A DNA stretch of 64,000 nt from Desulfuromonadales bacterium (GCA_014860225.1 JACZKE010000063.1:22477-86476), one strand, 5' to 3'. Positions 9,538 through 20,117 are shown, counted from the first letter of the stretch. Notes: a model not told the origin generated them from the sequence alone. Numbers and translations are program-made.

Positions 9538-10596
9538 ATGCCGGAAAACTCTTTGTCCTTGTCGGAACTCGGCTGGGGACACTTTTTTCAACAGCAGTTA
9601 AGTCTTGAAGAATTGGAGGCCACCACTCCGGTGCGGGTCTTCGCTCTCAATCGTCACCTTGTCGATGGTGTGGGTGAGAACGGGCGACAGCAGTTTGCTC
9701 TGCCTCACACCTGGCTGCAGCGCTCAGTGGAAGAATTGCCCACGGTGGGTGACTGGTTGCTGCTCGACGGTAATGGCCAACCGCTGCGTCTTCTGGAACG
9801 CACAAGTCTGTTTAAACGCATGGCCTCAGGACACGATGCCCGGGTGCAGTTGATGGCGGCGAATGTCGACACCTTGTTTATCGTCACTTCGTGTAATCAG
9901 GAGTTCAGCCTTTCCCGTCTTGAACGTTATCTTGCTTTAGCCCTGGATGCCGGAGTCGAGCCGGTTGTTGTGCTCACCAAGGCGGATTTGACTGAGGATG
10001 TCAATGACTTCTGCAGCCGGTCCAGAACTCTGCGTCCCGGCCTGGCGATTGAAGCTGTAAATGCCAAGGATGCCAAGGTCATCGACATTCTCCGCCCCTG
10101 GTGCTCGGCCGGCCAGACGGTGGCTCTGGTCGGTTCGAGCGGGGTTGGCAAGTCGACACTGGTCAACGCTTTAAGTAATACTGCGAACCAGGAAATCGGC
10201 GCCGTCCGTGAAAGTGACGCGAAAGGCCGCCATACAACCACTTCCCGAACCCTGCACCTGATTCCCGGAGGGGGGCTTCTGCTCGACAGTCCCGGGCTGC
10301 GTGAGCTGCAGTTGAGCGACTGTGAAGTCGGTGTCTCCACTCTCTTCGAAGAGATCGAGGCCGTGGCTCGCCATTGTCGTTTCAACAATTGTCGTCACCA
10401 TGGTGAGACCGGCTGTGCTGTGGAAGCTGCCGCAGAGAGAAATGAGCTCGATCCGCGGCGACTGGCCAATTATCTTAAACTGAAAGAAGAGCAGCAAAGT
10501 GCGGACGAAACGCTGGTGGAGAAGCGGCGCAAGGACAAAAGTCCCGGTAAGAGGTATAAGCGGGTTCAGCTCCGGGAATGGCGTGACGAAGATTGA
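9538..10596 (+). CDS. rsgA: ribosome small-subunit-dependent GTPase A
   Basis: 352 aa; circularly permuted GTPase with VLTKADL, GSSGVGKSTLVNAL and C-terminal CRFNNCRHHGETGC zinc finger. Confidence 0.9.
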   Translation: MPENSLSLSELGWGHFFQQQLSLEELEATTPVRVFALNRHLVDGVGENGRQQFALPHTWLQRSVEELPTVGDWLLLDGNGQPLRLLERTSLFKRMASGHDARVQLMAANVDTLFIVTSCNQEFSLSRLERYLALALDAGVEPVVVLTKADLTEDVNDFCSRSRTLRPGLAIEAVNAKDAKVIDILRPWCSAGQTVALVGSSGVGKSTLVNALSNTANQEIGAVRESDAKGRHTTTSRTLHLIPGGGLLLDSPGLRELQLSDCEVGVSTLFEEIEAVARHCRFNNCRHHGETGCAVEAAAERNELDPRRLANYLKLKEEQQSADETLVEKRRKDKSPGKRYKRVQLREWRDED

Positions 10597-10642
10597 AAGT
10601 TCTGGCGCAGGGCACCTGGAAAGACGTTTAAACAACCGTTAA

Positions 10643-10668
10643 GTCTCTGTACCATACAGAGATCTTTT
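10643..10668 (+). terminator. intrinsic terminator after rsgA
   Basis: GTCTCTGT-accat-ACAGAGAT stem followed by CTTTTCC. Confidence 0.5.
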
Positions 10669-10750
10669 CCTGAGAAACCTGAAGTGAATGCCTGTGATCA
10701 GTAATGATTATTCGTCGACTTTTTTTTGATCAATTGCCGGCCCTTCAAAC

Positions 10751-10779
10751 TTTACAAGCCCATTCGCCTTGCGTATAGT
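10751..10779 (+). promoter_or_regulatory. putative sigma70 promoter of folD block
   Basis: TTTACA, 17-nt spacer, TATAGT; about 30 nt upstream of the folD start. Confidence 0.4.
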
Positions 10780-10807
10780 CATATCTCAATTCAGAGGAGG
10801 TTTTTGC

Positions 10808-11659
10808 GTGGAAAAGATCATTGATGGCAAGGCGATAGCTGCTGACATCCGTAAAGCGATTGCTGCTGATGTGGCGGTATTGAAACAGCAGGGGGTTACT
10901 CCGGGGCTGGCAGTCGTGCTGGTTGGCGATGACCCGGCCAGCCGGGTTTATGTGACGATGAAAGAAAAGGCTTGCGAGCAGGCCGGAATCTTTTCTGATG
11001 AACACAAGCTGCCCGCAGAAACGACCGAAGCACAATTGCTTGCTTTGATCGAGGAATTGAACAGCGATCAGCGTATCGACGGTATCCTGGTACAGCTGCC
11101 GTTGCCCGATCACATTGATGAAAACAAGGTCCTGGAATCTATCACACCGACCAAGGACGCTGACGGTTTCCACCCTTATAATGTCGGACGTCTGGTGACG
11201 GGGAATCCGCTCTTTCAACCATGTACCCCTTACGGAATCATGAAGATGCTGGAACATATCGGTGTTGATCTGACCGGCAAGGAAGTCGTCGTGGTCGGGC
11301 GTTCCAATATCGTTGGCAAGCCTGTAGCGCTGATGTGTCTTGCCAAGCATGCAACCGTGACGCTCTGTCACTCCCGTACCAGAGATCTGCCTGCCAAAGT
11401 TGCGCAGGCTGATGTCCTGATCGCCGCCGTTGGTCGTCCCGAGATGATCAGGGGGTCCTGGATCAAGGAAGGTGCGGTGGTGATCGATGTCGGGGTTAAC
11501 CGGGTCGGCGAAAAGAAGCTGGTCGGTGATGTCGAGTTCGAAGCAGCCAGGGAGCGCGCCGGCGCCATAACACCGGTTCCCGGAGGCGTCGGCCCCATGA
11601 CGATCACCATGCTGCTCTATAATACTGTTGAGGGAGCCAAACGTCGCGCTCATCAGTAA
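10808..11659 (+). CDS. folD: bifunctional methylene-THF dehydrogenase/methenyl-THF cyclohydrolase
   Basis: GTG start at 10808 after GAGGAGG; (V)[15 protein letters not shown]..., [18 protein letters not shown] motifs. Confidence 0.9.
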   Translation: MEKIIDGKAIAADIRKAIAADVAVLKQQGVTPGLAVVLVGDDPASRVYVTMKEKACEQAGIFSDEHKLPAETTEAQLLALIEELNSDQRIDGILVQLPLPDHIDENKVLESITPTKDADGFHPYNVGRLVTGNPLFQPCTPYGIMKMLEHIGVDLTGKEVVVVGRSNIVGKPVALMCLAKHATVTLCHSRTRDLPAKVAQADVLIAAVGRPEMIRGSWIKEGAVVIDVGVNRVGEKKLVGDVEFEAARERAGAITPVPGGVGPMTITMLLYNTVEGAKRRAHQ

Positions 11660-11780
11660 GACGTTTATTGCGGCCCGAAACGACTTCGTTCGTTTCGGGC
11701 CGTATTGCCTTGAATACCCTGGCCTGTGAGTCTGGTTTGTCGACTAGGCTCCGGTCACCAGCCCTGAGCCCCGGGTTAAT

Positions 11781-12434
11781 ATGATTATCAGTCAATTGAA
11801 ACCTCTTGACGAACTCCAACAGGCACTGGCCGAATTTGACAAGCTATTCCTGGTTGGTTGCGCAGCCTGTGCTACGGCCTGCAAGTCCGGTGGTGAGGAA
11901 GAAATTTTCAAACTTCAGGAATGGCTGGTTACCCTGGAGAAGGATGTCACAGGCAGTGTGGTGATTGACGAAGCCTGTCATATCATGCGAGCGGCCCGCG
12001 ACCTGCGCCATCACAAGAATGCTGTGCAGAGTGCCGAGGCGGTGATGGTGCTCGCTTGCGGTTCCGGAGTCCAGTCGATTTCTTCCAATGTCGACAAACG
12101 CGTGGTTGGCGGGTTGAACTCCATGTTCCTTGGTAATGTACGTCGCTTCGGTCATTATGAGGAAATGTGTTCGCTCTGCGGCGACTGCATACTCAATGAG
12201 ACAGCCGGAATCTGCCCGGTGACCACCTGCGCCAAGGGCTTGCTCAATGGGCCGTGCGGTGGCATGAAAGATGGCCACTGTGAAGTCGATGCGGACATCG
12301 AGTGCGCCTGGCGACTGATCTATGAACGCTTGCAGAGCCAGCAGCGGCAGGGAGTCTTCGCCCGTCGCGTGCCGCCGAAAAACTGGAGCCGTCGTCGCCA
12401 GCCAGGTCGCTACCAGTTGAACAAAGGCTCCTGA
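11781..12434 (+). CDS. methylenetetrahydrofolate reductase C-terminal-domain protein (MetV-like, Cys-rich)
   Basis: 217 aa; many Cys motifs (CAACATAC, CSLCGDC, CPVTTC, CGG..C); stop overlaps the metF ATG. Confidence 0.7.
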   Translation: MIISQLKPLDELQQALAEFDKLFLVGCAACATACKSGGEEEIFKLQEWLVTLEKDVTGSVVIDEACHIMRAARDLRHHKNAVQSAEAVMVLACGSGVQSISSNVDKRVVGGLNSMFLGNVRRFGHYEEMCSLCGDCILNETAGICPVTTCAKGLLNGPCGGMKDGHCEVDADIECAWRLIYERLQSQQRQGVFARRVPPKNWSRRRQPGRYQLNKGS

Positions 12435-13288
12435 TGTCACGTTTGTCTGAGCAATTGTCCCGCGGCCAGTTTGTGGTAACGGCCGAAATTGCGCCGCCCA
12501 AAGGGACCAACCTGGCTCCAGCGTTGGCAGCGGTTGCGAAGTTTGAGGGAATCACTGCAGTTAATGTAACCGATAACCAGGGTGCCAACATGCGCCTGTC
12601 GGCGCTTGCGCTGGCGGCCCAGTTACAGAAGGCGGGCACCGAAACGATCCTGCAACTGACCTGTCGTGACCGCAACCGCATGGCTTTGCAGTCTGATCTG
12701 CTCGGCGCGTCGGCTTTTGGGATCGAGAACCTGCTGCTGCTCTCTGGTGATCACAGCAAATTTGGTGACCACCCCGATTCCCGGCCGGTCTTTGACCTGG
12801 ATTCAGTACAATTGCTCGATATGACGGCCGGTTTGATGATGGGCATAGATATGGCGGGCAAACCGCTCAATGGTGTGCCGAAATTTTTTCCCGGTGCTGC
12901 GGTCAACCCGGCGGCTGAGCCGTTCGAGCTGATGTTCCAGAAAGTCGCGAAAAAGGTTGACAGTGGCGCACGGTTTTTCCAGACTCAGTCGATATTTGAT
13001 CGAAATGCTCTTGAGCGTTTCATGTCGGCCATGAAACCTTTGCGCGTGCCTGTTATAGCCGGCGTGCTCTTGATTCGCAATGCCAGGATGGCACGCTTCC
13101 TTAATGAAAATATTCCTGGTGTACAGGTTCCGGACGCTTTGATTGAACGCTTTGACCGCACGGCAGACCCGCTTGCTGAGGGCCTTGCCATTGCCCGTGA
13201 AACGGTTGACCTGGCAAGGGGGCTTTGCCAGGGTGTGCATCTGATGACGCTTGGACACGAAGGAATGATACCTGCGATTCTCAAATAG
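12434..13288 (+). CDS. metF: methylenetetrahydrofolate reductase
   Basis: 284 aa; TIM-barrel MTHFR resemblance (..FVVTAEIAPPKG.., ..LTCRDRNR.., ..FFQTQSIFD..). Confidence 0.85.
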   Translation: MSRLSEQLSRGQFVVTAEIAPPKGTNLAPALAAVAKFEGITAVNVTDNQGANMRLSALALAAQLQKAGTETILQLTCRDRNRMALQSDLLGASAFGIENLLLLSGDHSKFGDHPDSRPVFDLDSVQLLDMTAGLMMGIDMAGKPLNGVPKFFPGAAVNPAAEPFELMFQKVAKKVDSGARFFQTQSIFDRNALERFMSAMKPLRVPVIAGVLLIRNARMARFLNENIPGVQVPDALIERFDRTADPLAEGLAIARETVDLARGLCQGVHLMTLGHEGMIPAILK

Positions 13289-13467
13289 CTTGCGGAATTG
13301 AAGCAAAACGAAGAGGATGAAAAACTTACGCAAAGACGTAAAGTATAACCCTTTTGTTTTGCTCGCAGTGTTACTGGCGCATTCTCTCAAGTTTAAGGCG
13401 ACATTACATTGAATCTTTATGCTTTTTTGTTTGAGGCGCTTTTCCATAAACTTAAAGGAGAGAACCA

Positions 13468-14556
13468 TTGAAAAAAACCCCTTTGAACCAGATCCATCGT
13501 GAGCTTGGTGCGCGGATGGTCGATTTTGGCGGTTGGGATATGCCGGTCCAGTACTCCGGGGTTATCGAAGAACACCTGGTTGTGCGACAGGCCGCTGGTC
13601 TCTTCGATGTTTCTCACATGGGTGAAATTGAGGTGACCGGTCCAGGTGCCTTGGCATTTATCCAGCATCTGACCATTAATGATGCAGCAAAACTGGCCGA
13701 CAACCAGATTCAATATTCGGCTTTTTGCTATCCTGAGGGCGGTGTCGTTGATGATGTGACGCTTTACCGTTTCAATGAGAGGCGTTTCCTCTTCTGTGTC
13801 AACGCGTCTAATACCGACAAGGATTTTGCCTGGATGCAGCAGGTTCTCTCAGAATCGGCGATGACGGATGTTACCCTGAACAACCGCAGCGCCGAATTTG
13901 CCCAAATAGCCCTGCAGGGGCCGAAGGCTGAAGAGATCCTTTCCAGCCTTACGGATGTGCCGCTGGCTGATATTGTTTACTATCATTTTCACGAGGGGGT
14001 TGTCGCCGGCGTGAAGATGATCATTTCGCGAACCGGTTACACCGGCGAAGATGGTTTCGAACTTTATCTGCCTGCCTCAGCAGCTGTCGAAGTCTGGCGG
14101 CGACTGATGGCAACCGGGGCTCCACACGGCTTGTTGCCGATCGGTCTGGGCGCGCGTGACACACTGCGCCTTGAAAAGGGCTACGCCCTGTATGGTCATG
14201 AGCTCTCCCGGGACATCTCTCCACTCGAAGCCGGCCTGGCATGGATTACCAAACTTGACAAGCTTGACTTTGTCGGTAAAGCTGCTCTGGTGAAACAAAA
14301 AGCCGACGGAGTACAACGCCGGCGTATTGGTCTTGTCCTGCAGGAGCGCGGTGTTCCGCGTGAAGGATATCCGATCTTTGATGGTGACCGTGAAGTCGGT
14401 GTTGTCACCAGCGGCACCATGTCACCGACCCTCAAGATTGGCATCGCCCTGGCGTTGGTGGAACCTGCTGCCGCAGGTATCGATAACGAATTGCAGGTTG
14501 CCGTTCGCAATCGACGCATGGGTGCCAAAGTGGTCCGGCCACCTTTTGTACAGTAA
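13468..14556 (+). CDS. gcvT: glycine cleavage system aminomethyltransferase T
   Basis: TTG start; KKTPLNQIHRELGARMVDFGGWDMPVQY..FDVSHMGE.. GcvT signature. Confidence 0.95.
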   Translation: MKKTPLNQIHRELGARMVDFGGWDMPVQYSGVIEEHLVVRQAAGLFDVSHMGEIEVTGPGALAFIQHLTINDAAKLADNQIQYSAFCYPEGGVVDDVTLYRFNERRFLFCVNASNTDKDFAWMQQVLSESAMTDVTLNNRSAEFAQIALQGPKAEEILSSLTDVPLADIVYYHFHEGVVAGVKMIISRTGYTGEDGFELYLPASAAVEVWRRLMATGAPHGLLPIGLGARDTLRLEKGYALYGHELSRDISPLEAGLAWITKLDKLDFVGKAALVKQKADGVQRRRIGLVLQERGVPREGYPIFDGDREVGVVTSGTMSPTLKIGIALALVEPAAAGIDNELQVAVRNRRMGAKVVRPPFVQ

Positions 14557-14625
14557 GGGTAAACTGTCCAGACAGACATTTTTCACCCCTGTTGGCTCAG
14601 GGGCATACACCAGAAGGAGATTGCC

Positions 14626-15012
14626 ATGGAATTCCCTGAAGAACTGAAGTACACAGAAGAACATGAATGGGTCATGGTCGAGGAAGAGCTGGCCGTGATC
14701 GGGATCACCGATTTTGCTCAGGACTCACTTGGTGATGTGGTTTTTGTTGAGCTTCCCGAGGTCGGTACATTCCTGGAGGCTGGCAAGGCCTTTGGCGTCG
14801 TGGAATCGGTGAAAGCGGTCTCCGATATCTATGCACCGATCTCCGGTACCGTTGAAGAGATCAATGATGATCTTGTCGACGCCCCTGAGATTATCAATAC
14901 GTCTCCTTACGAGGACGGCTGGATGATCAAGATTCGTATGGCTGATGCCGGCGACGCTGATAACCTCATGGATGCTGAAGCATATCAGGCCCTGATCGCA
15001 GAGGAGAGCTGA
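14626..15012 (+). CDS. gcvH: glycine cleavage system protein H
   Basis: 128 aa; lipoyl-Lys motif ..VESVKAVSDIYAP.. Confidence 0.95.
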   Translation: MEFPEELKYTEEHEWVMVEEELAVIGITDFAQDSLGDVVFVELPEVGTFLEAGKAFGVVESVKAVSDIYAPISGTVEEINDDLVDAPEIINTSPYEDGWMIKIRMADAGDADNLMDAEAYQALIAEES

Positions 15013-15017
15013 GGACC

Positions 15018-16367
15018 ATGCGTTATATCCCGCATACTGCCGGGGACGTGACCGAAATGCTCGAACGGATTGGTGTCGGCACCCTGGAGGACCTCTTTGT
15101 GGAGATTCCCGAATCCGTGCGGTTGAAACGTCCGCTCGATCTGTCGGAATCGGTCAGTGAGACCGAACTGCTGCGTGAACTGAAAGCCCTGGCAGTTAAG
15201 AACGCAACTCCCGAAACGCACAAGAGCTTCCTCGGTGGCGGCGCTTATCACCACTTTATCCCAACGGTGATTGATCTGCTGATCTCACGCAGTGAATTCT
15301 ATACGGCCTATACACCTTACCAGCCGGAGATCAGTCAGGGAACATTACAGGCGGTCTTCGAATTTCAGTCACTGATCTGCCAGTTGACCGGCATGGATGC
15401 AGCCAATGCGTCGATGTACGATGGTGCTTCGGCCTGTGCTGAAGCGGTGCTGATGGCGGTACGCCTGACCCGTCGCAAGCGGGTGCTGTTGTCACGGGCA
15501 CTCAATCCGCGTTACCGGGCTGTTGTGGCCACCTACTGCCGATATCTCAGTCTGGAACTGGTCGATGTTGCTGTTGCTGCTGACGGCCGGACCGACCTTG
15601 CTGATTTGATCGCCAAGCTGGACGATTCAACGGCTGTCGTGGTCGTCGGTTATCCGAATTACTTCGGAGTGATTGAGGACGTCGCAGCCTTCGCAAAGGC
15701 CTCGCATGAGACAGGGGCTCGTCTTGTGACTGCGGTTGCTGAACCGATCGCGCTCGGGCTGCTCAAATCTCCGGGTGAACTCGGTGCCGACATTGTTGCC
15801 GGTGAAGGCCAGAGCTTTGGTTTACCATTAGCCTTCGGCGGTCCTTATGTCGGCTTTTTCGCCGTTCTCCAGAAGGACGTGCGCGCTATGCCGGGACGCC
15901 TGGTTGGTGAAACGACCGACCTCGAGGGGCAGCGTGGATTCGTGCTGACCCTGGCGACACGTGAACAGCACATCCGTCGTGAAAAGGCGACTTCGAACAT
16001 CTGCTCCAATCAAGGGCTATGTGCCTTGATGGCGACCATTTTCCTGAGTCTGCTTGGCAAACAGGGCTTGCGTGAGATGGCTGAACAAAACCTGGCCAAG
16101 GCAGCTTATGCCCGTCAGCGGCTGTCTGGTATCAAGGGCTTCAGCCTGGTCTTTGATGGCCCGATGTTCAACGAATTTGTCGTGCGCTCAGAAGCGCCGG
16201 TTGCAGACGTGCTCACCCGCCTCGAAGCGTCCGGTATCCTGGCCGGCATCCCGCTTGGTGAGGATTACCCGGAGCTGGCGGATTGTTTTCTGGTTTGCGT
16301 GACGGAGCAGAATCAGCGTGCGGAAATTGATGCGCTGGTTGCAGCGCTGCAGGGAGGTGTGCAATGA
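15018..16367 (+). CDS. gcvPA: glycine dehydrogenase (decarboxylating) subunit 1
   Basis: 449 aa; MRYIPHT.., ..YTPYQPEISQG.. typical GcvPA. Confidence 0.95.
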   Translation: MRYIPHTAGDVTEMLERIGVGTLEDLFVEIPESVRLKRPLDLSESVSETELLRELKALAVKNATPETHKSFLGGGAYHHFIPTVIDLLISRSEFYTAYTPYQPEISQGTLQAVFEFQSLICQLTGMDAANASMYDGASACAEAVLMAVRLTRRKRVLLSRALNPRYRAVVATYCRYLSLELVDVAVAADGRTDLADLIAKLDDSTAVVVVGYPNYFGVIEDVAAFAKASHETGARLVTAVAEPIALGLLKSPGELGADIVAGEGQSFGLPLAFGGPYVGFFAVLQKDVRAMPGRLVGETTDLEGQRGFVLTLATREQHIRREKATSNICSNQGLCALMATIFLSLLGKQGLREMAEQNLAKAAYARQRLSGIKGFSLVFDGPMFNEFVVRSEAPVADVLTRLEASGILAGIPLGEDYPELADCFLVCVTEQNQRAEIDALVAALQGGVQ

Positions 16368-17824
16368 CGATCATCGGTACCAGCGGCCTTGTCCTGAACG
16401 AAAAACTGCTTTTCGAACATTCCGATCCGGGGCGTAAAGGTTACAGCCTGCCGAAACTTGACGTTCCGGAAACAGCACTTCCGGCAGAGCTCTGCCGCGA
16501 AGAAATCAGTGACTTCCCGGAGTTGTCCGAAGTTGATGTCGTTCGCCATTTTACCCGGTTGTCAACCTGGAACTATGGCGTCGACTCCGGTTTTTACCCC
16601 TTGGGCAGTTGTACCATGAAGTACAATCCCAAGGTCAATGAAGCGGCTGCCCGTATTCCAGGCCTGGCTTATATCCATCCGGCAACGCCAGCGCATCTGG
16701 CCCAGGGAACTTTGGAGCTGATGTATCGACTGCAGGGTGCCTTGGCAGAAATTTCCGGCCTTGCCCGGGTTACGCTGCAGCCGGCTGCAGGAGCCCAGGG
16801 TGAACTGACGGGGATGCTGGTGGTTCGTGCCTGGCACGAAGCTCACGGCAGCAAGCGTACCAAAGTACTGATTCCCGATACGGCACATGGCACCAACCCG
16901 GCGACGGCATCATTGACCGGTTACGACGTTGTGCCGATCGCTTCAGATGGGGTGCTGACGCTGGAAGAGGTCGAGGCGCATATGAATGACGATGTCGCCG
17001 CGCTGATGGTCACCAACCCGAATACGCTCGGTTTGTTTGAGACAAACATTGAGGCGATCTGTAAGCTTGTTCACGAACGTGGCGGGCTGGTCTATTGTGA
17101 CGGCGCCAATCTCAATGCGCTTATGGGGATTGCCCGTCCTGGTGATATGGGCATCGACGTGATGCACTTCAACTTGCACAAAACCTTTTCCACGCCTCAC
17201 GGCGGCGGTGGACCGGGTTCCGGGCCTGTGGGCGTTACGGAAAAGTTGATCCCTTATCTTCCCGGACCGGGCGTGGATTTCGATGGAGAGAACTACAGCC
17301 TTGAAGCAGCAAAGGCAGATTCTGTCGGTCGCATGATGGCCTTTCATGGCAATGTCGGCGTTATGGTGCGAGCCTATGCCTATATCCGCAGCATGGGCGC
17401 TGCCGGCTTGAAGCACGCTAGCGAGATGGCTGTGCTCAATGCCAACTATGTGCGGGCGAGGCTGGAGGGTGTTTATGACCTGCCATACAAAAGTCGCTCA
17501 TTGCACGAGGTCGTTTTTTCCGATAAGGATCTTGGAGGCGATTGCCATACCCTGGATGTGGCCAAACGCCTGATTGACTACGGTTACCACCCACCGACCA
17601 TCTACTTCCCATTGGTGGTCAAGGGGGCGATCATGATTGAACCGACCGAGACAGAGAGTCAGGAAGTTCTCGATGAGTTCTGTGATGCCATGATCGCCAT
17701 AGCTGGCGAGGCCCGTGAAAACCCGGAACTGCTGCATCAGGCTCCGGTTCGCTCACGGGTCAGAAGGCTTGATGAGACCACTGCGGCACGAAAGCCGAAG
17801 CTTAAGTGGGAGAAAGGCGCATAG
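16364..17824 (+). CDS. gcvPB: glycine dehydrogenase (decarboxylating) subunit 2
   Basis: 486 aa; ATGA overlap with gcvPA; PLP motif ..NLHKTFSTPHGGGGPG.. Confidence 0.95.
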   Translation: MTIIGTSGLVLNEKLLFEHSDPGRKGYSLPKLDVPETALPAELCREEISDFPELSEVDVVRHFTRLSTWNYGVDSGFYPLGSCTMKYNPKVNEAAARIPGLAYIHPATPAHLAQGTLELMYRLQGALAEISGLARVTLQPAAGAQGELTGMLVVRAWHEAHGSKRTKVLIPDTAHGTNPATASLTGYDVVPIASDGVLTLEEVEAHMNDDVAALMVTNPNTLGLFETNIEAICKLVHERGGLVYCDGANLNALMGIARPGDMGIDVMHFNLHKTFSTPHGGGGPGSGPVGVTEKLIPYLPGPGVDFDGENYSLEAAKADSVGRMMAFHGNVGVMVRAYAYIRSMGAAGLKHASEMAVLNANYVRARLEGVYDLPYKSRSLHEVVFSDKDLGGDCHTLDVAKRLIDYGYHPPTIYFPLVVKGAIMIEPTETESQEVLDEFCDAMIAIAGEARENPELLHQAPVRSRVRRLDETTAARKPKLKWEKGA

Positions 17825-17852
17825 CGCGAAGAGGTAAGATAGAAAAGAGAAT

Positions 17853-17890
17853 GGGGACGATCTATACAGGTCGTCCCCGTTTCGTTTCGG
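17853..17890. terminator. terminator between convergent gcvPB and tonB
   Basis: GGGGACGA-10 nt-TCGTCCCC stem followed by GTTTCGTTTC. Confidence 0.6.
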
Positions 17891-17911
17891 ACCTGCAATC
17901 CAGACACGCCT

Positions 17912-18832
17912 TTAGTAAATCTTCCCGGGTGGACGCCGATACGATCGTGTGCTGACGCCGCTGAGATGGTACTGGAAGAAGGCCATGATCTTCAGGTCTT
18001 CATGGGGGTAAGCGCGTGGCAGCGGTCCGTAGGTGGCCCCTTTGCGAACAGCGCGCATTGCCTCGTCATCAAGAGCTCGATGGCCGGAACTTTCCAGCAG
18101 TTGGACATCGGTGACATCCCCTTTGCGATCGATCGTAATACGAAGCAGGCAGGTGCCCTGTTGCTGGCTTTGGGCCGCTGCCTCCGGATAGTTCCAAACC
18201 AGGTAAATATTGTCGCGGAAACGCTTCATGAACGAGTGCAGCAGGTCTTGTTGGGCGTCCATCCAGACCGTGTCACCTCTGGTGATGTCCTCACGGTATT
18301 TGCGCCGCCAGTCGGTTTCGATCCGCGCCAGCGTGTCAGGCGAAATCTGGGTGAGGGTTTGTAAATCGGGTGTCTTGGGAGTCGGTTTCAACTCGGGTTT
18401 GGCCATCCAGCCTTCGGGGGTCACTACTGAAGGTTTGGTCGGATCAGCCTTTTGCGGTACAGCCTCGGTGCGGGGTTTCGGCTGTTCCTGTGGCGGTGGC
18501 GGTGTTTCGCGAACCGGTTCCGGAGCTCGGGCCATTTTCTCGCGGTCCTCGGTATCCTCCCCTACGGGTGCCATCTCCTTTTCGACCACCTGGTCCTTCT
18601 CTGCCAGTCGCTTGGCCGGTTCCTGGCGTGGTTTTTCAAGCTCTTTGCGGATTGGCAGGTCGAGTTCGCGTTCACGCAGTTGTGGTGGACGTACCTCTAC
18701 ATAAACCGGTTCCGGAGTATTTTCCGTCGGAAACAGCTGATGCTTCGGTACCAGCAGCAGGAGCAGGTGCAGAAGAAGCGACAGTAGAATGAACCCGGTT
18801 ACAATGCGATTTTGACGTTGTTCTGCAGTCAT
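17912..18832 (-). CDS. TonB-family energy transducer
   Basis: N-terminal TM helix, Pro/Glu/Lys-rich linker, C-terminal TonB_C-like domain (..GTCLLRITIDRKGDVTDVQLLESSGHRALDDEA..). Confidence 0.7.
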   Translation of the reverse strand: MTAEQRQNRIVTGFILLSLLLHLLLLLVPKHQLFPTENTPEPVYVEVRPPQLRERELDLPIRKELEKPRQEPAKRLAEKDQVVEKEMAPVGEDTEDREKMARAPEPVRETPPPPQEQPKPRTEAVPQKADPTKPSVVTPEGWMAKPELKPTPKTPDLQTLTQISPDTLARIETDWRRKYREDITRGDTVWMDAQQDLLHSFMKRFRDNIYLVWNYPEAAAQSQQQGTCLLRITIDRKGDVTDVQLLESSGHRALDDEAMRAVRKGATYGPLPRAYPHEDLKIMAFFQYHLSGVSTRSYRRPPGKIY

Positions 18833-19008
18833 GTCTCCCCAGTTTGTTAATTTTTCATTATATTACAACTATGCTATCCACTGCCAGTGTGGAATGGGCA
18901 GGACCTGCCTCCTGGTACAATGCGAAAAACAATGGGAAAAAAGTTGACGATGCAGAGGCCGTCCGGTATATTTTTCAGTCTTTAATAAAACTTAGTGTGA
19001 AGGAGGAC

Positions 19009-20016
19009 ATGGCAATGCATCTTGTTGACCAGATCAAAACAAAAGCACGCACCAGCATCCAGACCGTGGTGCTTCCCGAAAGTTATGATGATCGCATGAT
19101 TCAAGCGGCTGAGTTGATTGTCAAAGACAGTCTGGCGAGAGTCGTTCTGCTTGGCAATGCGTCTGCTCTTGAAGCCAAGGCAGGCGAACTGGGTGTTTCA
19201 TTGGCCGGTGTGGAACTCATCGATCCGGCAAGTGCAACACAGCTTGATGATTATACAGCTGAGTTGGTGAAACTTCGTGAAAAGAAGGGGATGACGGCCG
19301 AGCAGGCCCGTGAAGTTCTCACTGGTGATGACAACCTGTTCTTCGGCGCCATGATGGTACGTAAAGGAGACGCCGGAGGCATGGTCGCCGGTGCCTTCAA
19401 CACTACGGGTGATGTTCTGCGTGCCGCCTTCCAGGTCATTGGCACTGCTCCGGGAATAAAGACCGTGTCATCGGTGTTCCTGATGGTGACCAGGAATCCT
19501 GACTTTGGTGAGAATGGCGTTCTCTGTTTCGCCGACTGTGCCGTAAATCCGAATCCGAATGCTCAGGCCCTGGCCGAAATTGCCATATCGACGGCCAGCA
19601 GCTGCAAGAGCTTTTTGGGGGTTGACGCCCGCGTGGCCATGCTGTCTTTCTCAACCAAGGGCAGTGCAAGCCATGAAGATTGCGACAAAGTCCTCGAGGC
19701 TCTCGAGATTGCCAGGAAGCTCGATCCGAACCTGCAAATCGATGGCGAATTGCAGGCAGACGCCGCATTGCTGCCCAAGGTCGGTGAAAAGAAGGCTCCC
19801 GGTTCTGCTGTCGCCGGCAGAGCCAATACCTTGATTTTCCCTGATCTTGATGCCGGTAATATCGGCTACAAACTGGTTGAGCGTGTTGCCGGTGCCGAAG
19901 CTGTCGGCCCGATCATACAGGGGCTCGCAAAGCCGGTGAATGACCTTTCCCGTGGCTGTTCCGTTGATGACATTGTCTCTGTTGCGGCGATTACAGCCGT
20001 TCAGGCACAGGGGTAA
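19009..20016 (+). CDS. pta: phosphate acetyltransferase (short form)
   Basis: Start at MAMHLVDQIK.. after GAAGGAGG (ATG 19015 equally possible); ..VVLPESYDDRMIQAAE.., ..LIFPDLDAGNIGYK.. Confidence 0.9.
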   Translation: MAMHLVDQIKTKARTSIQTVVLPESYDDRMIQAAELIVKDSLARVVLLGNASALEAKAGELGVSLAGVELIDPASATQLDDYTAELVKLREKKGMTAEQAREVLTGDDNLFFGAMMVRKGDAGGMVAGAFNTTGDVLRAAFQVIGTAPGIKTVSSVFLMVTRNPDFGENGVLCFADCAVNPNPNAQALAEIAISTASSCKSFLGVDARVAMLSFSTKGSASHEDCDKVLEALEIARKLDPNLQIDGELQADAALLPKVGEKKAPGSAVAGRANTLIFPDLDAGNIGYKLVERVAGAEAVGPIIQGLAKPVNDLSRGCSVDDIVSVAAITAVQAQG

Positions 20017-20052
20017 TGATGCAACTCTGAGGCATGACAAGTTCATAAAACT

Positions 20053-20090
20053 AAAAGACGTCCGGGAAATCAATCTGCCGGACGTCTTTT
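20053..20090. terminator. bidirectional terminator between pta and ackA
   Basis: AAAAGACGTCCGG-12 nt-CCGGACGTCTTTT, perfect 13-bp arms with A/T tracts on both sides. Confidence 0.75.
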
Positions 20091-20117
20091 AGTTTGACTA
20101 ACCTGATGACGGAAGAA

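Noticed and set aside
13289-13467. Glycine riboswitch upstream of gcvT, THF riboswitch upstream of folD, GEMM/c-di-GMP riboswitch in the intergenic regions
   Set aside because: I looked for the conserved cores (GGAGAG..ACCGAAGGGGCAA for glycine; GGCAAA..ACGCAAAGC for GEMM) and did not see them. A covariance-model scan would be needed to be certain.
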